From contig CP094685.1 in assembly GCA_022828425.1 (NCBI GenBank), positions 3,016,046-3,080,045 on the forward strand: 64,000 nucleotides of DNA, given 5' to 3'. A model generated the notes under the pieces. The model saw only the letters and a list, made by a program, of their open reading frames with translations, was not told the DNA's origin and did not search any database. Positions 53,897 through 63,372 of this stretch are shown in pieces. The DNA comes from Candidatus Thiothrix sulfatifontis. GTDB taxonomy: Bacteria; Pseudomonadota; Gammaproteobacteria; Thiotrichales; Thiotrichaceae. How positions within the stretch are numbered: the first letter of the stretch is position 1; every line of letters starts with the position of its first letter. A program made the translations under genes and the position numbers.

Positions 53897-54045
53897 CGTC
53901 TGTAGACTACGCAAGCGGTTTTATGCCGGGTATGCGTGGACTACCAGAGGAAGCAATTCCGAATAAGCGCGTCGTGTTCCTAGTGAGCGATAAGAGTACC
54001 CGGCAATTTTTGCCAAATCTTAAAACTCAATTAGGAGCGGTCAAC

Positions 54046-54393
54046 ATGACAGCACTCACTATGGGCAACACTGCCCGCACTCTATCGGCGTACTTGCCAC
54101 ACCTCCCTATTGCACTGCCCAAAGCAGGCAAAAAACGCACCCCGATCACCGACCTTGTGTATGAGTCGACGCAAACCGGCCTGATCGTGTATCAGGACAA
54201 CACCCCTGTTGCATGGGTTTATCCCGGATACCACCAAGGCCAAATCGCCAACCAACCCGCAACGTGCAACTTTGTCGACGTCGCCTTTCACCGTCGCACT
54301 GAGCACGGCGTGAACCTCGAAACACACGATTTTCTCACCCTGCAAGAAGCCCTCGACTTCGTGCGCACCACCTTCGGCGGAGGTGCAAAATGA
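54046..54393 (+). CDS. Conserved hypothetical protein (115 aa), B copy
   Basis: ATG 54046 after AGGAG. ORF track extends to 53632. Confidence 0.5.
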   Translation: MTALTMGNTARTLSAYLPHLPIALPKAGKKRTPITDLVYESTQTGLIVYQDNTPVAWVYPGYHQGQIANQPATCNFVDVAFHRRTEHGVNLETHDFLTLQEALDFVRTTFGGGAK

Positions 54394-54620
54394 TCAGCCT
54401 GCAAGACACTATCCTAGGCACAAGCAAGGAACTGTGGGCGCTGCAATGCCTTGCCAGCATTGGCAAAAAGGCCGCGTTTGACGAATGCGAACCCGCAGAA
54501 CTGGCACACCTGTTTGAAGCCATCGAGAAGCGCCTCGAAGCCGTGCAAACCACCATGTATAACCTCGGTTATTCCGATCTGATCAAGGCCGCAACTGCCA
54601 TGCAAGGCGGTGCTGCATGA
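54390..54620 (+). CDS. Hypothetical protein (76 aa), element B specific
   Basis: ATGA-coupled ORF, not homologous to 41281-41514. Confidence 0.45.
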   Translation: MISLQDTILGTSKELWALQCLASIGKKAAFDECEPAELAHLFEAIEKRLEAVQTTMYNLGYSDLIKAATAMQGGAA

Positions 54621-54928
54621 GCATGAAAGTCGACACCAGCCCCAACCGCGCAACCCGTCGCATCCGTCGCAACCGTGACGCCATCCGCCGGGCGCAAATC
54701 ATTGAGCAAATCCCGTCCTACACCATCAACGGCGACCCGCTGCTAACCGAAAAAGAGTCGGCGGCCTATCTCGCAGTCGGCGCTCGAACGCTCGAAGCAT
54801 GGCGTCACCGCCACCCCGACCGCCTGCCCCACATCCGTGTCGGGCGCAACGTGCGCTATCGCCGCTCGGTGCTCGATAACTACCTGCAAGCCCAAACCGT
54901 CACCGACGGGCGCGGGGTGAAAAAATGA
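54617..54928 (+). CDS. AlpA/excisionase-type HTH DNA-binding protein (B copy)
   Basis: 103 aa, 4 substitutions from 41511-41822. Confidence 0.7.
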   Translation: MSMKVDTSPNRATRRIRRNRDAIRRAQIIEQIPSYTINGDPLLTEKESAAYLAVGARTLEAWRHRHPDRLPHIRVGRNVRYRRSVLDNYLQAQTVTDGRGVKK

Positions 54929-55128
54929 TGTTCCCTAACGCAATTGTCGTGGATGGGCTAACCCTCCACCGCGATCACATCACCCTGATAGACCCCGACT
55001 GGATAGCGCGTCTTCCAAAAACAGATGCAGAGGTAAAGCGCCGCCAACAACTGGCGAAACCCGACAACACCTATGAGTTTTCAGCCGCGCAGTGGATGCG
55101 GTGGATTAACCGGAGCGTAAGTCTATGA
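54925..55128 (+). CDS. Hypothetical protein (67 aa), homologue of 41819-42022
   Basis: Coupled ORF with shared C-terminal motifs. Confidence 0.45.
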   Translation: MMFPNAIVVDGLTLHRDHITLIDPDWIARLPKTDAEVKRRQQLAKPDNTYEFSAAQWMRWINRSVSL

Positions 55129-55331
55129 GTCAGCAAATTATCGCCCTATTAGCGCAACTGAAAGGAAGTGGCGCGTCATCGTTGAATGTATTCGCCAAGT
55201 GCGCCACCGACGATTACAGCACCGATCTACGCAAGCAAGACATGCTCACCACCATCATGCTGATCTTGGATGAACTCGATGAAATCCGCACCGGCCTGAA
55301 ACGCGAAACGGAGGGTAGCACTCATGGCTAA
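55125..55331 (+). CDS. Hypothetical protein (68 aa)
   Basis: Coupled ORF. Its stop overlaps the rep start exactly as in element A (..CATGGCTAAG..). Confidence 0.4.
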   Translation: MSQQIIALLAQLKGSGASSLNVFAKCATDDYSTDLRKQDMLTTIMLILDELDEIRTGLKRETEGSTHG

Positions 55332-57519
55332 GCAAAACGTCAATGGCTATACGCTCGACTGCGACAAGCTGGACACTGCCACCATCGGTTACAAGATCAT
55401 GGGCTTGCCCTTCGTTATGCGCGATCTGGTAGCGTCGCAATACTCCAACCTGTACCGCACCACCCTCACCACCTATCCCGAAACCGTCGGTGATGACAAT
55501 CCGGTGATTCAACGCCTCGCCAAAATCGAAGCGCGTACCCGTGCGAATACCTACCTCGCCAGCGTCATGCAGCAAGTCAAAGATCACGTCGGCAAAGAAA
55601 CCTATCTCGAAACCCACGACCGCCTCAAACTGCAATTTCTGATGCTGTGGGAACAGCACGCGCCAGATTCTATTCTGCTGGACAAAGAGCAAGACGGAGC
55701 GCTCGACGACGAATCAGCCAAGGAACTGAAGCGCCAACGACTGGCACGTCGTAACGCGATCAAAGCATTTTTAGCGGCTGAGAACATCACCTACCCCGGC
55801 GGCACGAACGACGATAAAAACGGCAATGGCAGCCGCTACAATCGCCTTGTGAATCGCAAATGGTTGCAAGATCAAGTGCGGGTTCGCGGTGGGCGTAGCA
55901 CCTACGAACGCGCCAGACAAGCCGGGCGCATCGGCAAACACAAACAAGCCGAACTCTACATAACCGAAGAGGATTATCAAAAGTACCTAGACAGCAAAGC
56001 CAGTGCCATGCAGTACATGAAGGACACCGTTTTCATCTCGCACGAAGATGACGAAGTGGAAATGCTCGATGTGTACAACAGCACCACCGCCAACCCTCGC
56101 AACCGCAAAACCCAACTCATGACTCAAGTAGCGGGCATGGTCAAATATGCCGACAAACACGGCTACGCTTTCGTCATGATCACCCCCACGGCGGCAAGTG
56201 AGCACCACCCCGCCCCACGGCTGGAAGATGGCGAAATCCGCGTGAATCCGCGTTATCTCGCTGTAAAACCCAACTGGACAGCCAAAAAAACCCACGAACA
56301 CCTTAACGCCATTGCTGAGCGCGTATTCAGTGCGCTTGATCGTGAAGGCGTGGAATTTTACGGATTCAAAGGCATTGAGGCACACAAGGACGGCACACCT
56401 CACCATCACTATGGATTTTTCTATAAGGACGTACCCGGCAATAAGCGCAAAGTTCACAGCGCGTTTGCATGGTATTTTCAAGAACTCGACAAGGTAGTCA
56501 GTGACGGCGTGGTGTTGGGCGACGTTGGCAAATACAAGCACCGTCGCAAAATGTCCCGCGAACAGCAAGCCGCGATCAAGCAGCATTTGCACGACACCCA
56601 GCCCGGCGCGTTAAAAGTTCGCGTCACCTTCGTGTATCCAGATACGGCAATAAGCAAGTTAAGCACTTACATCCTAAAAAGCCTGCTGAACTACGTGGTC
56701 AAGGACGTTGCTGATAAAGATGCAGACGGTGATGCAATCGACCTCACCGAAAAGCAGCAAGAGGCGGCGGCGCGTCAACAGCGCATTGCAGCATGGGCGT
56801 CGCTGAACGGCATCCGCCAATTCTCGACCATCCGCACCGGGGCAAGCATGGGTGTCTATCAGGAATTGCGGCGCATCCACTCCCCTGTGGAAGGCTCGAC
56901 GCAACTCGAACAAGAGCGCCTCGCTTGCGTGGGCAGTTACGGCACGGAACAGCACGAAGACCCGGAAACCCGCCTCAATGCCGATTTTTGCCGTTACATG
57001 GAATTACGCCGGAATCCGCTCGACGATGCAGAACCCGTAGAACTCTGGAAAGTGACCGACACCGAAAGCGACAACATCACCATTAAATTCAATGAATTCA
57101 GTGATGAAGTTGGGCGCGTACAGGGCGTGCGCTGCAACGAAGATGCAAACACCCTCCTCGAAATCAATACCCGCCCCATCAGATGGCGTGCAATCAACCT
57201 GCCCATGCTGATTGATGACCTCGCAGAAACGGAGTTACCCCCAACCCAACCGGGCGACCTGATCGACCCCGATTACCGCGCAGCGGTTACGAAAGTATGG
57301 TCGGACATCGTGACCACCGCTCGCACTGACAAAACGGTTCACGAACTGGCGCGTGGTGTCTATCACCACCCACTCTCCCCCGCCGTAGGCGTCTCTTTTC
57401 GTGATCGGGCGAAGCCCATCACCACTTGGAAGATTAGAAATAATCCCACGGTTTCCGGCGAACGCTCAAAAAATGGGCAAATGCAGCAAGGAGGCGATCA
57501 TGTTCAGGTCACAGCCTAA
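55324..57519 (+). CDS. HUH replication endonuclease, phage P2 gpA-like
   Basis: 731 aa. GYAFVMITPT...YGFKGIEAHKDGTPHHHYGFFY parallels the P2 A-protein pattern ..TLT...GfRvaEPHhDGtPHwH.. . Tyr-containing STYILKSLLNYVVKD lies downstream. Confidence 0.65.
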   Translation: MAKQNVNGYTLDCDKLDTATIGYKIMGLPFVMRDLVASQYSNLYRTTLTTYPETVGDDNPVIQRLAKIEARTRANTYLASVMQQVKDHVGKETYLETHDRLKLQFLMLWEQHAPDSILLDKEQDGALDDESAKELKRQRLARRNAIKAFLAAENITYPGGTNDDKNGNGSRYNRLVNRKWLQDQVRVRGGRSTYERARQAGRIGKHKQAELYITEEDYQKYLDSKASAMQYMKDTVFISHEDDEVEMLDVYNSTTANPRNRKTQLMTQVAGMVKYADKHGYAFVMITPTAASEHHPAPRLEDGEIRVNPRYLAVKPNWTAKKTHEHLNAIAERVFSALDREGVEFYGFKGIEAHKDGTPHHHYGFFYKDVPGNKRKVHSAFAWYFQELDKVVSDGVVLGDVGKYKHRRKMSREQQAAIKQHLHDTQPGALKVRVTFVYPDTAISKLSTYILKSLLNYVVKDVADKDADGDAIDLTEKQQEAAARQQRIAAWASLNGIRQFSTIRTGASMGVYQELRRIHSPVEGSTQLEQERLACVGSYGTEQHEDPETRLNADFCRYMELRRNPLDDAEPVELWKVTDTESDNITIKFNEFSDEVGRVQGVRCNEDANTLLEINTRPIRWRAINLPMLIDDLAETELPPTQPGDLIDPDYRAAVTKVWSDIVTTARTDKTVHELARGVYHHPLSPAVGVSFRDRAKPITTWKIRNNPTVSGERSKNGQMQQGGDHVQVTA

Positions 57520-57642
57520 CAATCGACAATTTGACCGCCCAAAAATGGAAAAAATGGGTTTTTCACGGGAAACGTCTATGCAGATGAAACTCGGACTCGT
57601 TGGAGCAACTTCCCACGCCCAAAAAACCGGAGGTGATGCGGT

Positions 57643-57855
57643 ATGAACACAAACTATTACACCGACCTGAGCGGCGAAATCGTGCAAGTGGAAATGCTCG
57701 AATGGCTCGAAGATGGTACGTACTTTGACGAAGATCAAAACGATGATGAAAGCATTCTTGTGGAACTGCCATGTTCTCGTTATTGCATTGGTCACGAAGA
57801 TGGCGACGGCATCAGCGTATGGCTAAATGAGGATATGCAGGAGGTGGAGGCATGA
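57643..57855 (+). CDS. Hyper-acidic 70-aa protein (B copy)
   Basis: Homologue of 43713-43925 with the same conserved upstream leader and RBS. Confidence 0.55.
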   Translation: MNTNYYTDLSGEIVQVEMLEWLEDGTYFDEDQNDDESILVELPCSRYCIGHEDGDGISVWLNEDMQEVEA

Positions 57856-58070
57856 GCAATAAATACACCATCGAAAGCCGTTATGCCAGTGACCTAATGA
57901 TAGTTGTCCGTAATCTTGAAGGGGTTTCAAGCGGTTACGATATTGTTCCGGCGCATTGGGGGCAAGCGTACCGTTTCACCAATCGCAAGCAGGCGGAAAT
58001 GCTCCTGTTCACCCTGAAAAAGAAGCACGACCTACACGGCGGTTTCAAGATTCATGAGGTGCAGTCATGA
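57852..58070 (+). CDS. Hypothetical protein (72 aa), B specific
   Basis: Coupled ORF inserted between the acidic protein and the membrane protein. No counterpart in A. Confidence 0.4.
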   Translation: MSNKYTIESRYASDLMIVVRNLEGVSSGYDIVPAHWGQAYRFTNRKQAEMLLFTLKKKHDLHGGFKIHEVQS

Positions 58071-58423
58071 GCAACCCACTACTGACACCCCGCGAACAAG
58101 CGCATGTTGCCTCTGTGAGAGCGTTACAGCACTTTGACACCCCTACGCTATCCGATAGCACCCCGAACAACTGGGAACGCCTCCACGCACTCATTCCGTG
58201 GATGGCCTTTCTATTTGCCGTGATCGTGTGGGCAATGTTCCTGCTGATTCCGACGGCATTCGGCCTGCATTACGCGGGCATGTTCCCCGCTGCAAACAAT
58301 TGGCTATACGTGCTAATGGGCTTGACGCTCTGCATGGCCTGTTTCGTCGCTGCACAAGTCAAACACGGCGCACGGGCTATCCTGTTCGCATTTGCCGTAC
58401 TCCTTTTAAGCTATTGGTTCTGA
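58067..58423 (+). CDS. Small membrane protein (118 aa)
   Basis: 3 TM segments. N-terminus homologous to 43922-44305. Confidence 0.5.
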   Translation: MSNPLLTPREQAHVASVRALQHFDTPTLSDSTPNNWERLHALIPWMAFLFAVIVWAMFLLIPTAFGLHYAGMFPAANNWLYVLMGLTLCMACFVAAQVKHGARAILFAFAVLLLSYWF

Positions 58424-58434
58424 GGTAAAAGATT

Positions 58435-60744
58435 ATGAAAAACGACAACAACTTCAACGCGGGTTTGGCCTACAGCGATTACAAAACCCGCAAACTGTTC
58501 TACATGCTGGCGGCCTTTGTCGCTTTTGCCATGAGTTCCTACTTTGTGGTCGGCTACCTTGCCGGGCATTTGCGCGTATTAGAATGGGATGGCTCGCAGT
58601 GGATGAATGGCTTAGTTGCCATTGGCATTACAGCGGTTATGACCGGCTACCAATTTATCCTTTACGGCGCGGGCAACGTCGCAGGCGGCAAAAAAGCGAC
58701 CATTCTAGCGGTCGTGGTGGCGGTGTCCTTCTCAATGCTCTCTGAGGTCGGGCAAGGCATGGAACGCGACAACATTCGCATGGAAACCAAAAGCCAAGAA
58801 TCCCCGACCTACAAGGCGATTGTGGGCGCGATTAGTACCCCTGCCGGTGCAAACCCCTATTCGGCTGATATGCAAGCCGCTGAAGTGAAGTTAGCGCAAT
58901 GCGAAACCCGCTTAGCGCAAGGCAAGGAAAAGCACTGTGAGGGCAGCAAAGCGCGTGTGGAGGCCGTCAATAAAATGATAGCCAACCATGCAGCGACCAG
59001 CCAACAGCAAGCCCTAGCCCTCGCTGCAACCGCTAAAACCATGGAAAAGGACGAAAGCAACTACCATCCCCTAGTGAACCTGTTACGCGAAACCTTCGGC
59101 GCATCCGGTACAGTTGGCTCGTTTCTGGTTTCCCTCACCCTGATAGCCTTTTTCGAGTACGCGTTTCACTATCTGGGTGGGCAGTTCGCGGCGGCGCGTG
59201 AATACCTCATGGCACATGGCTATGACGTTACCCGCAACCTACGCCAACCACCGCGCAAATTTGATGGCAGCATCAGCACCTACTCCGATAAATCCGAATC
59301 CGCACCCATGGCAGCGCTTAACGGAGCCGCGAACTCTGCCAAACAAACCGTGGGCGAATACGCAGCGAAAATTGAGGAAGGTTTAAAGGCATCCCCTGAA
59401 GTCATCGCCACCGAGTATGCGCGTGCGCAACATGCCCGCGAACAATCAGCCGCAATGATGGGCGACAAATTGCAGGCCGTTGGGGACAAGATCGAAGCCG
59501 CGATTAACCCGCAAGTCAGCTTTTTAAAACTGCTGATTGCCGAAAATCAAGCGCGTGTTAATCACGGCATGGAAGCAAATCATGAGAATGTGAGAAATAC
59601 GATTGAATATGTATTAAAACGTCACCAACAAACAACTGGCAACGATACCAGTCATGCCGACGTAAACAAACTGACTGATTTAGTCATGAAGCACTTGAAG
59701 CCGTCAAAACCTGAAGTTGCTGAACGTCATCACCTGTATTGCACGCTGGCAAATGGGCGAAAAATGGATAAAGTTTTTAAAGCACACGAAGCCGATGCAG
59801 CGCTCAAAGAATGGCAGCGTTTAAATAAAACTGGCATTGGTGAAGATGGCAACCCCATAACCATGCTGGGATTACATCAAACCCATTTTGAAACTGAAAA
59901 GGAGGCTGAAGCGTTTGAAAAAAAGATCGAAGCCGAGAATCTAAAATGGCAATCCGACGCGCCAGTGATTAAATCGGTAACAGGCTTTAAACAATCAGCC
60001 GATCAAGCCGCGAATGTCAGCCGATTGTATCAGGCAGAAACGGCAAAGCATGAAGCGGGCGAAGTATTTAACCAATCCCCTACCCCGGCAATCAAGCGCC
60101 AGTCCGTGGCGGAAACTATCCATGCGCTAGTGGATGCGGTTAAAAAATCCGGCGCAACAACTGAGGCCGATATTCAGGCGGCGGTATTCGATGGCTATTC
60201 AAAGCTCTTTAATCCGGCTGACTTGGATGATGGCGACTTGCTCAAAGTAGCGGCTAAGATTGCCAAGAGTTCGGCATCTGCTACCCCTGCCCCGGTCATG
60301 CCATTGCAGCAACGCACTGGTGCAACTGGCCTGCACAACCCCGCGTTAGGCACGGCTGAAGCGGTCTACCCGCTACCATTGCCAACTGCCCTACACGCGC
60401 GTGTAGAGGGGTTACACGCACCCAACACGCAACCCTTGCCAACTGCCCTACACGCGCGTGTAGAGGGGTTACACGCACCCAACACGCAACCCGTGTTACA
60501 CGCACCACACGCGCGTGTGGGGGGTGAAGTAGGGCGGTTTGAAGTGGGCAGTATCGAAGCCTATGAAGCGGCGGATTCTGCCAATATAGGAAGTCGTGTA
60601 GGTTGCCCACAGTGTGGTGCTGAGTTCGTTAAGCGCAATCAACAACACCGTTTTTGCTGCAAAGATCACCGTTTTGCATGGCACAACGAACGCGACCCGA
60701 AACGGCAAGAGTTCATTAACAGTCGCAAGCCGAAAGCGATATAA
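58435..60744 (+). CDS. Large membrane-anchored protein (769 aa) with coiled-coil middle, 19-aa repeats and C-terminal Cys-rich zinc-ribbon-like tail
   Basis: N-terminal TM cluster. Region TG-TG..NPALG..EAVY-LPL is shared with the A homologue. C-terminus CPQCGAEFVKRNQQHRFCCKDHRFAWHNE. Confidence 0.55.
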   Translation: MKNDNNFNAGLAYSDYKTRKLFYMLAAFVAFAMSSYFVVGYLAGHLRVLEWDGSQWMNGLVAIGITAVMTGYQFILYGAGNVAGGKKATILAVVVAVSFSMLSEVGQGMERDNIRMETKSQESPTYKAIVGAISTPAGANPYSADMQAAEVKLAQCETRLAQGKEKHCEGSKARVEAVNKMIANHAATSQQQALALAATAKTMEKDESNYHPLVNLLRETFGASGTVGSFLVSLTLIAFFEYAFHYLGGQFAAAREYLMAHGYDVTRNLRQPPRKFDGSISTYSDKSESAPMAALNGAANSAKQTVGEYAAKIEEGLKASPEVIATEYARAQHAREQSAAMMGDKLQAVGDKIEAAINPQVSFLKLLIAENQARVNHGMEANHENVRNTIEYVLKRHQQTTGNDTSHADVNKLTDLVMKHLKPSKPEVAERHHLYCTLANGRKMDKVFKAHEADAALKEWQRLNKTGIGEDGNPITMLGLHQTHFETEKEAEAFEKKIEAENLKWQSDAPVIKSVTGFKQSADQAANVSRLYQAETAKHEAGEVFNQSPTPAIKRQSVAETIHALVDAVKKSGATTEADIQAAVFDGYSKLFNPADLDDGDLLKVAAKIAKSSASATPAPVMPLQQRTGATGLHNPALGTAEAVYPLPLPTALHARVEGLHAPNTQPLPTALHARVEGLHAPNTQPVLHAPHARVGGEVGRFEVGSIEAYEAADSANIGSRVGCPQCGAEFVKRNQQHRFCCKDHRFAWHNERDPKRQEFINSRKPKAI
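60379..60520. repeat. 2.5 x 57-bp in-frame repeats carrying three perfect 16-bp palindromes (CTACACGCGCGTGTAG x2, CCACACGCGCGTGTGG)
   Basis: Palindromes at 60391-60406, 60448-60463 and 60505-60520. Additional ACACG motifs occur in each unit. Confidence 0.9.
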
Positions 60745-60752
60745 TTGATCAA

Positions 60753-60777
60753 GCGGGCAGGGTAGCACCTGACCCGC
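60753..60777 (+). other. Conserved strong hairpin, identical to 46029-46053
   Basis: GCGGGCAGGGTAGCACCTGACCCGC. Confidence 0.6.
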
Positions 60778-60859
60778 ATTAGTGACCATCAAAGAGCCGG
60801 GATTATTCTCGGCTTTTTTGTATTAGCATTTTTATTAATCTGTCAGTGAGGTAACTATT

Positions 60860-61156
60860 TTGTATCAAGACTGGAAGCAATGGGCACGGGCGGTTTATGC
60901 CATTCTCATTTTATTAATGGTGGCGTGGCTGATAAAACCTGAGCAACTAATACAGTTTGCCTCTTGGCAAGAGATAAACAATTTAGGTGAGAGCATAGGT
61001 TTTGTTCAAGTCGTTATGTTTACCGTATCCGCTGGGTTGATATTCCCAAAAGCAAAGAAATTTGAGGAGGGTTTTTGTAACGTTGGTGATGATTTTTGGC
61101 AGTTCATTATCGGAATGTTACTAGCAGGGGTTGCATGGTTCATCGCCATACTCTAG
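60860..61156 (+). CDS. Small membrane protein (98 aa)
   Basis: TTG start after GAGG. 3 TM segments. Full-length version of 46138-46344. Confidence 0.45.
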   Translation: MYQDWKQWARAVYAILILLMVAWLIKPEQLIQFASWQEINNLGESIGFVQVVMFTVSAGLIFPKAKKFEEGFCNVGDDFWQFIIGMLLAGVAWFIAIL

Positions 61157-61180
61157 GGCGCATCAAAACCTGATCAGCAA

Positions 61181-61209
61181 AGCCGTGTCATCTGATGCGG
61201 CTTTTTTTT
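61181..61209 (+). terminator. Intrinsic terminator near the element B right end
   Basis: AGCCG-N11-GCGGCT followed by T8. Confidence 0.65.
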
Positions 61210-61263
61210 GACCATAGGGTAGGGTGCTAATCCCTTGCGACTTGTCCCGGCAAAAATCGCAGG

Positions 61264-61283
61264 GATGACCCTATCATGACCCC
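61264..61283 (+). promoter_or_regulatory. Putative arm-type sites (GATGACCCT, CATGACCCC), element B right end
   Basis: Same spacing and same distance to the tRNA 3-prime end as 46557-46576. Confidence 0.5.
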
Positions 61284-61337
61284 GACCAAAACGGTGGGGA
61301 ATCATCGGGCGGCAAAACAACGCAACACCTTGATAAA

Positions 61338-61384
61338 ATTGGTGGGCCTACTAGGACTCGAACCTAGAACCAAAGGATTATGAG
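61338..61384 (-). repeat. attR: direct-repeat copy within the intact tRNA(CAT)
   Basis: Identical to 30846-30892. Confidence 0.9.
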
Positions 61385-61415
61385 TCCTCTGCGCTAACCA
61401 TTGCGCCATAGGCCC
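61340..61415 (-). tRNA. tRNA with anticodon CAT: probably tRNA-Ile2 (ileX-like), alternatively elongator tRNA-Met
   Basis: 76-nt cloverleaf: acceptor GGGCCTA/TAGGCCC, D arm GCGC-AATGGTTA-GCGC, anticodon arm GAGGA-CTCATAA-TCCTT, T arm CTAGG-TTCGAGT-CCTAG, encoded CCA. G1-C72 excludes an initiator. Confidence 0.9.
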
Positions 61416-61429
61416 TAAAAGCGCTACGC

Positions 61430-63304
61430 TCAGTTTGTCGGTAAGACACCCGGCTCGTATTCTAAGAAGCTGCGAAGCATATCCGAACGGCTCGGATGAC
61501 GCAACTTGCGCAAGGCTTTGGCTTCAATCTGACGGATACGTTCACGGGTTACGTCAAACTGCTTGCCCACTTCTTCCAGCGTATGGTCGGTGTTCATGTC
61601 GATACCAAAACGCATCCGCAACACTTTAGCTTCGCGGGAAGTCAAACTGGACAAAACATCGCGAGTGACTTCCGACAAACTGGATGTGGTCGCAGACTCA
61701 ATAGGTGACAAAATATTGCCATCTTCGATAAAGTCACCCAAGTGCGAATCTTCATCGTCACCGATCGGCGTTTCCATCGAAATCGGCTCTTTGGCAATTT
61801 TCAGCACTTTACGAATTTTATCTTCCGGCATATCCATTGCTTCAGCCAATTCTTCCGGCGTGGCCTCGCGACCTTTTTCCTGCAACAGTTTGCGCGAAAT
61901 GCGGTTAAGCTTGTTGATGGTTTCGATCATATGTACCGGAATGCGGATAGTGCGTGCCTGATCCGCAATCGAACGGGTAATCGCCTGACGTATCCACCAA
62001 GTGGCATAAGTCGAGAACTTGTAACCACGGCGGTATTCAAACTTGTCCACCGCTTTCATCAAACCGATATTACCTTCCTGAATCAAATCAAGGAATTGCA
62101 AACCACGGTTGGTGTACTTCTTCGCAATGGAAATCACCAAACGCAGGTTGGCTTCGACCATTTCTTTTTTCGCCCGTCGCGCCTTGGCTTCACCGACTGA
62201 CATGCTGCGGTTAATGTCTTTGATTTGCGAAATGGATAAATTACAGTCGCGTTGAATGACTAATAATTCTTGCTGGGCTTCGTGAATTTTTGGCAAGAAG
62301 CTCTTCAAACGGGTATGGTCGCCGCGTTTATCGACACAATAACGGTCTAACCAAGTCAAATCGGTTTCATTTTGCGGGAAACTGTCGATGAAATCCTGAC
62401 GCGCCATGCCGCCTTTTTGGACGCACAATTTCATAATGTGGCGTTCATTTTGGCGAATCTGATCCACGATTTCATTTAACTGCACCGTCAACTGTTCGAT
62501 GATCGGTTGCGCTAAACGGAATTCCATGAATTTGAGTGCCACCGCCTCACGCGCCGCTGTGTAAGCCGCTTGGTTATTGCTGGCGCAAGCTGTTTTGGAC
62601 GCTTCGTACAATTCGCGCAGTTCAGCAAACTTAATCCGCGCTTCTTCAGGATCAGGGCCGGTATCGACCGGATCAGCCGCGTCTTCGTCATCTTCTTCTT
62701 CGACGACCGCTACCGCCTCTTCTTCCGCAATAGCGGCTTCTTCTAACTCTTCCGGCACGGCAACCTGAAACGCTGTTAGATCTTCATCCGGGTTCACAAA
62801 ACCGTTAATGATGTCGGTTAAACGAATTTCTTCGGAATCAATCAAGCTGGCTTTTTCCAACAACACTTCTGTCGACGCTGGGTATTGCGCCAATGCTCGC
62901 AAAATTTCGTTTAAACCCTCTTCAATGCGAATCGCAATCTGGATTTCGCCTTCACGGGTCAACAGCTCCACCGTCCCCATTTCACGCATGTACATGCGCA
63001 CCGGGTCAGTGGTGCGCCCGAAATCGCCATCCACATTGGCTAAGGCGGCAGCGGCTTCTTCTGCGGCTTCATCGTCGGCCTGCACCGCTTCATCGTTTAG
63101 CAACAGGGAATCGGCATCCGGGGCATGTTCATACACCGTTATACCCATATCGTTGATCATCGCAACAATATCTTCAATCTGCTCCGGGTCAACGATGGTA
63201 TCGGGAAGGTGGTCGTTGACCTCAGCATAGGTGAGGTAGCCCTGCTCCTTACCTTTGGCAATTAACTCTTTCAAGCTGGACTGCTGCTGCTCTTCTTGAC
63301 TCAT
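61430..63304 (-). CDS. rpoD: RNA polymerase sigma factor RpoD (sigma70)
   Basis: 624 aa. Acidic region 1, [12 protein letters not shown] (region 2) and [32 protein letters not shown] (region 4.2). Confidence 0.95.
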   Translation of the reverse strand: MSQEEQQQSSLKELIAKGKEQGYLTYAEVNDHLPDTIVDPEQIEDIVAMINDMGITVYEHAPDADSLLLNDEAVQADDEAAEEAAAALANVDGDFGRTTDPVRMYMREMGTVELLTREGEIQIAIRIEEGLNEILRALAQYPASTEVLLEKASLIDSEEIRLTDIINGFVNPDEDLTAFQVAVPEELEEAAIAEEEAVAVVEEEDDEDAADPVDTGPDPEEARIKFAELRELYEASKTACASNNQAAYTAAREAVALKFMEFRLAQPIIEQLTVQLNEIVDQIRQNERHIMKLCVQKGGMARQDFIDSFPQNETDLTWLDRYCVDKRGDHTRLKSFLPKIHEAQQELLVIQRDCNLSISQIKDINRSMSVGEAKARRAKKEMVEANLRLVISIAKKYTNRGLQFLDLIQEGNIGLMKAVDKFEYRRGYKFSTYATWWIRQAITRSIADQARTIRIPVHMIETINKLNRISRKLLQEKGREATPEELAEAMDMPEDKIRKVLKIAKEPISMETPIGDDEDSHLGDFIEDGNILSPIESATTSSLSEVTRDVLSSLTSREAKVLRMRFGIDMNTDHTLEEVGKQFDVTRERIRQIEAKALRKLRHPSRSDMLRSFLEYEPGVLPTN

Positions 63305-63372
63305 GCCCTAAAACTCTCTGGAAAAAAGGTCAATAACTATATCACATTTTTCTAAAATGCAACCCTATGCGC

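Larger units (their letters stand above)
30846..61384. mobile_element. Composite ~30.5-kb genomic island in the tRNA(CAT) gene: two tandem related integrative elements
   Basis: Bounded by identical 47-bp direct repeats (30846-30892 and 61338-61384). Contains two integrases, two Rep genes, TA modules and an IS. Confidence 0.85.
46634..61384. mobile_element. Integrative element B (frameshifted int, proQ-like, TA cassettes, AT-rich module, cargo gene, alpA-like, P2 gpA-like Rep)
   Basis: Syntenic with element A. Ends at the intact tRNA(CAT). Confidence 0.75.

Noticed and set aside
55987-56592. 201-aa minus-strand ORF
   Set aside because: It is antisense to the P2 gpA-like rep gene, which carries clear HUH motifs.
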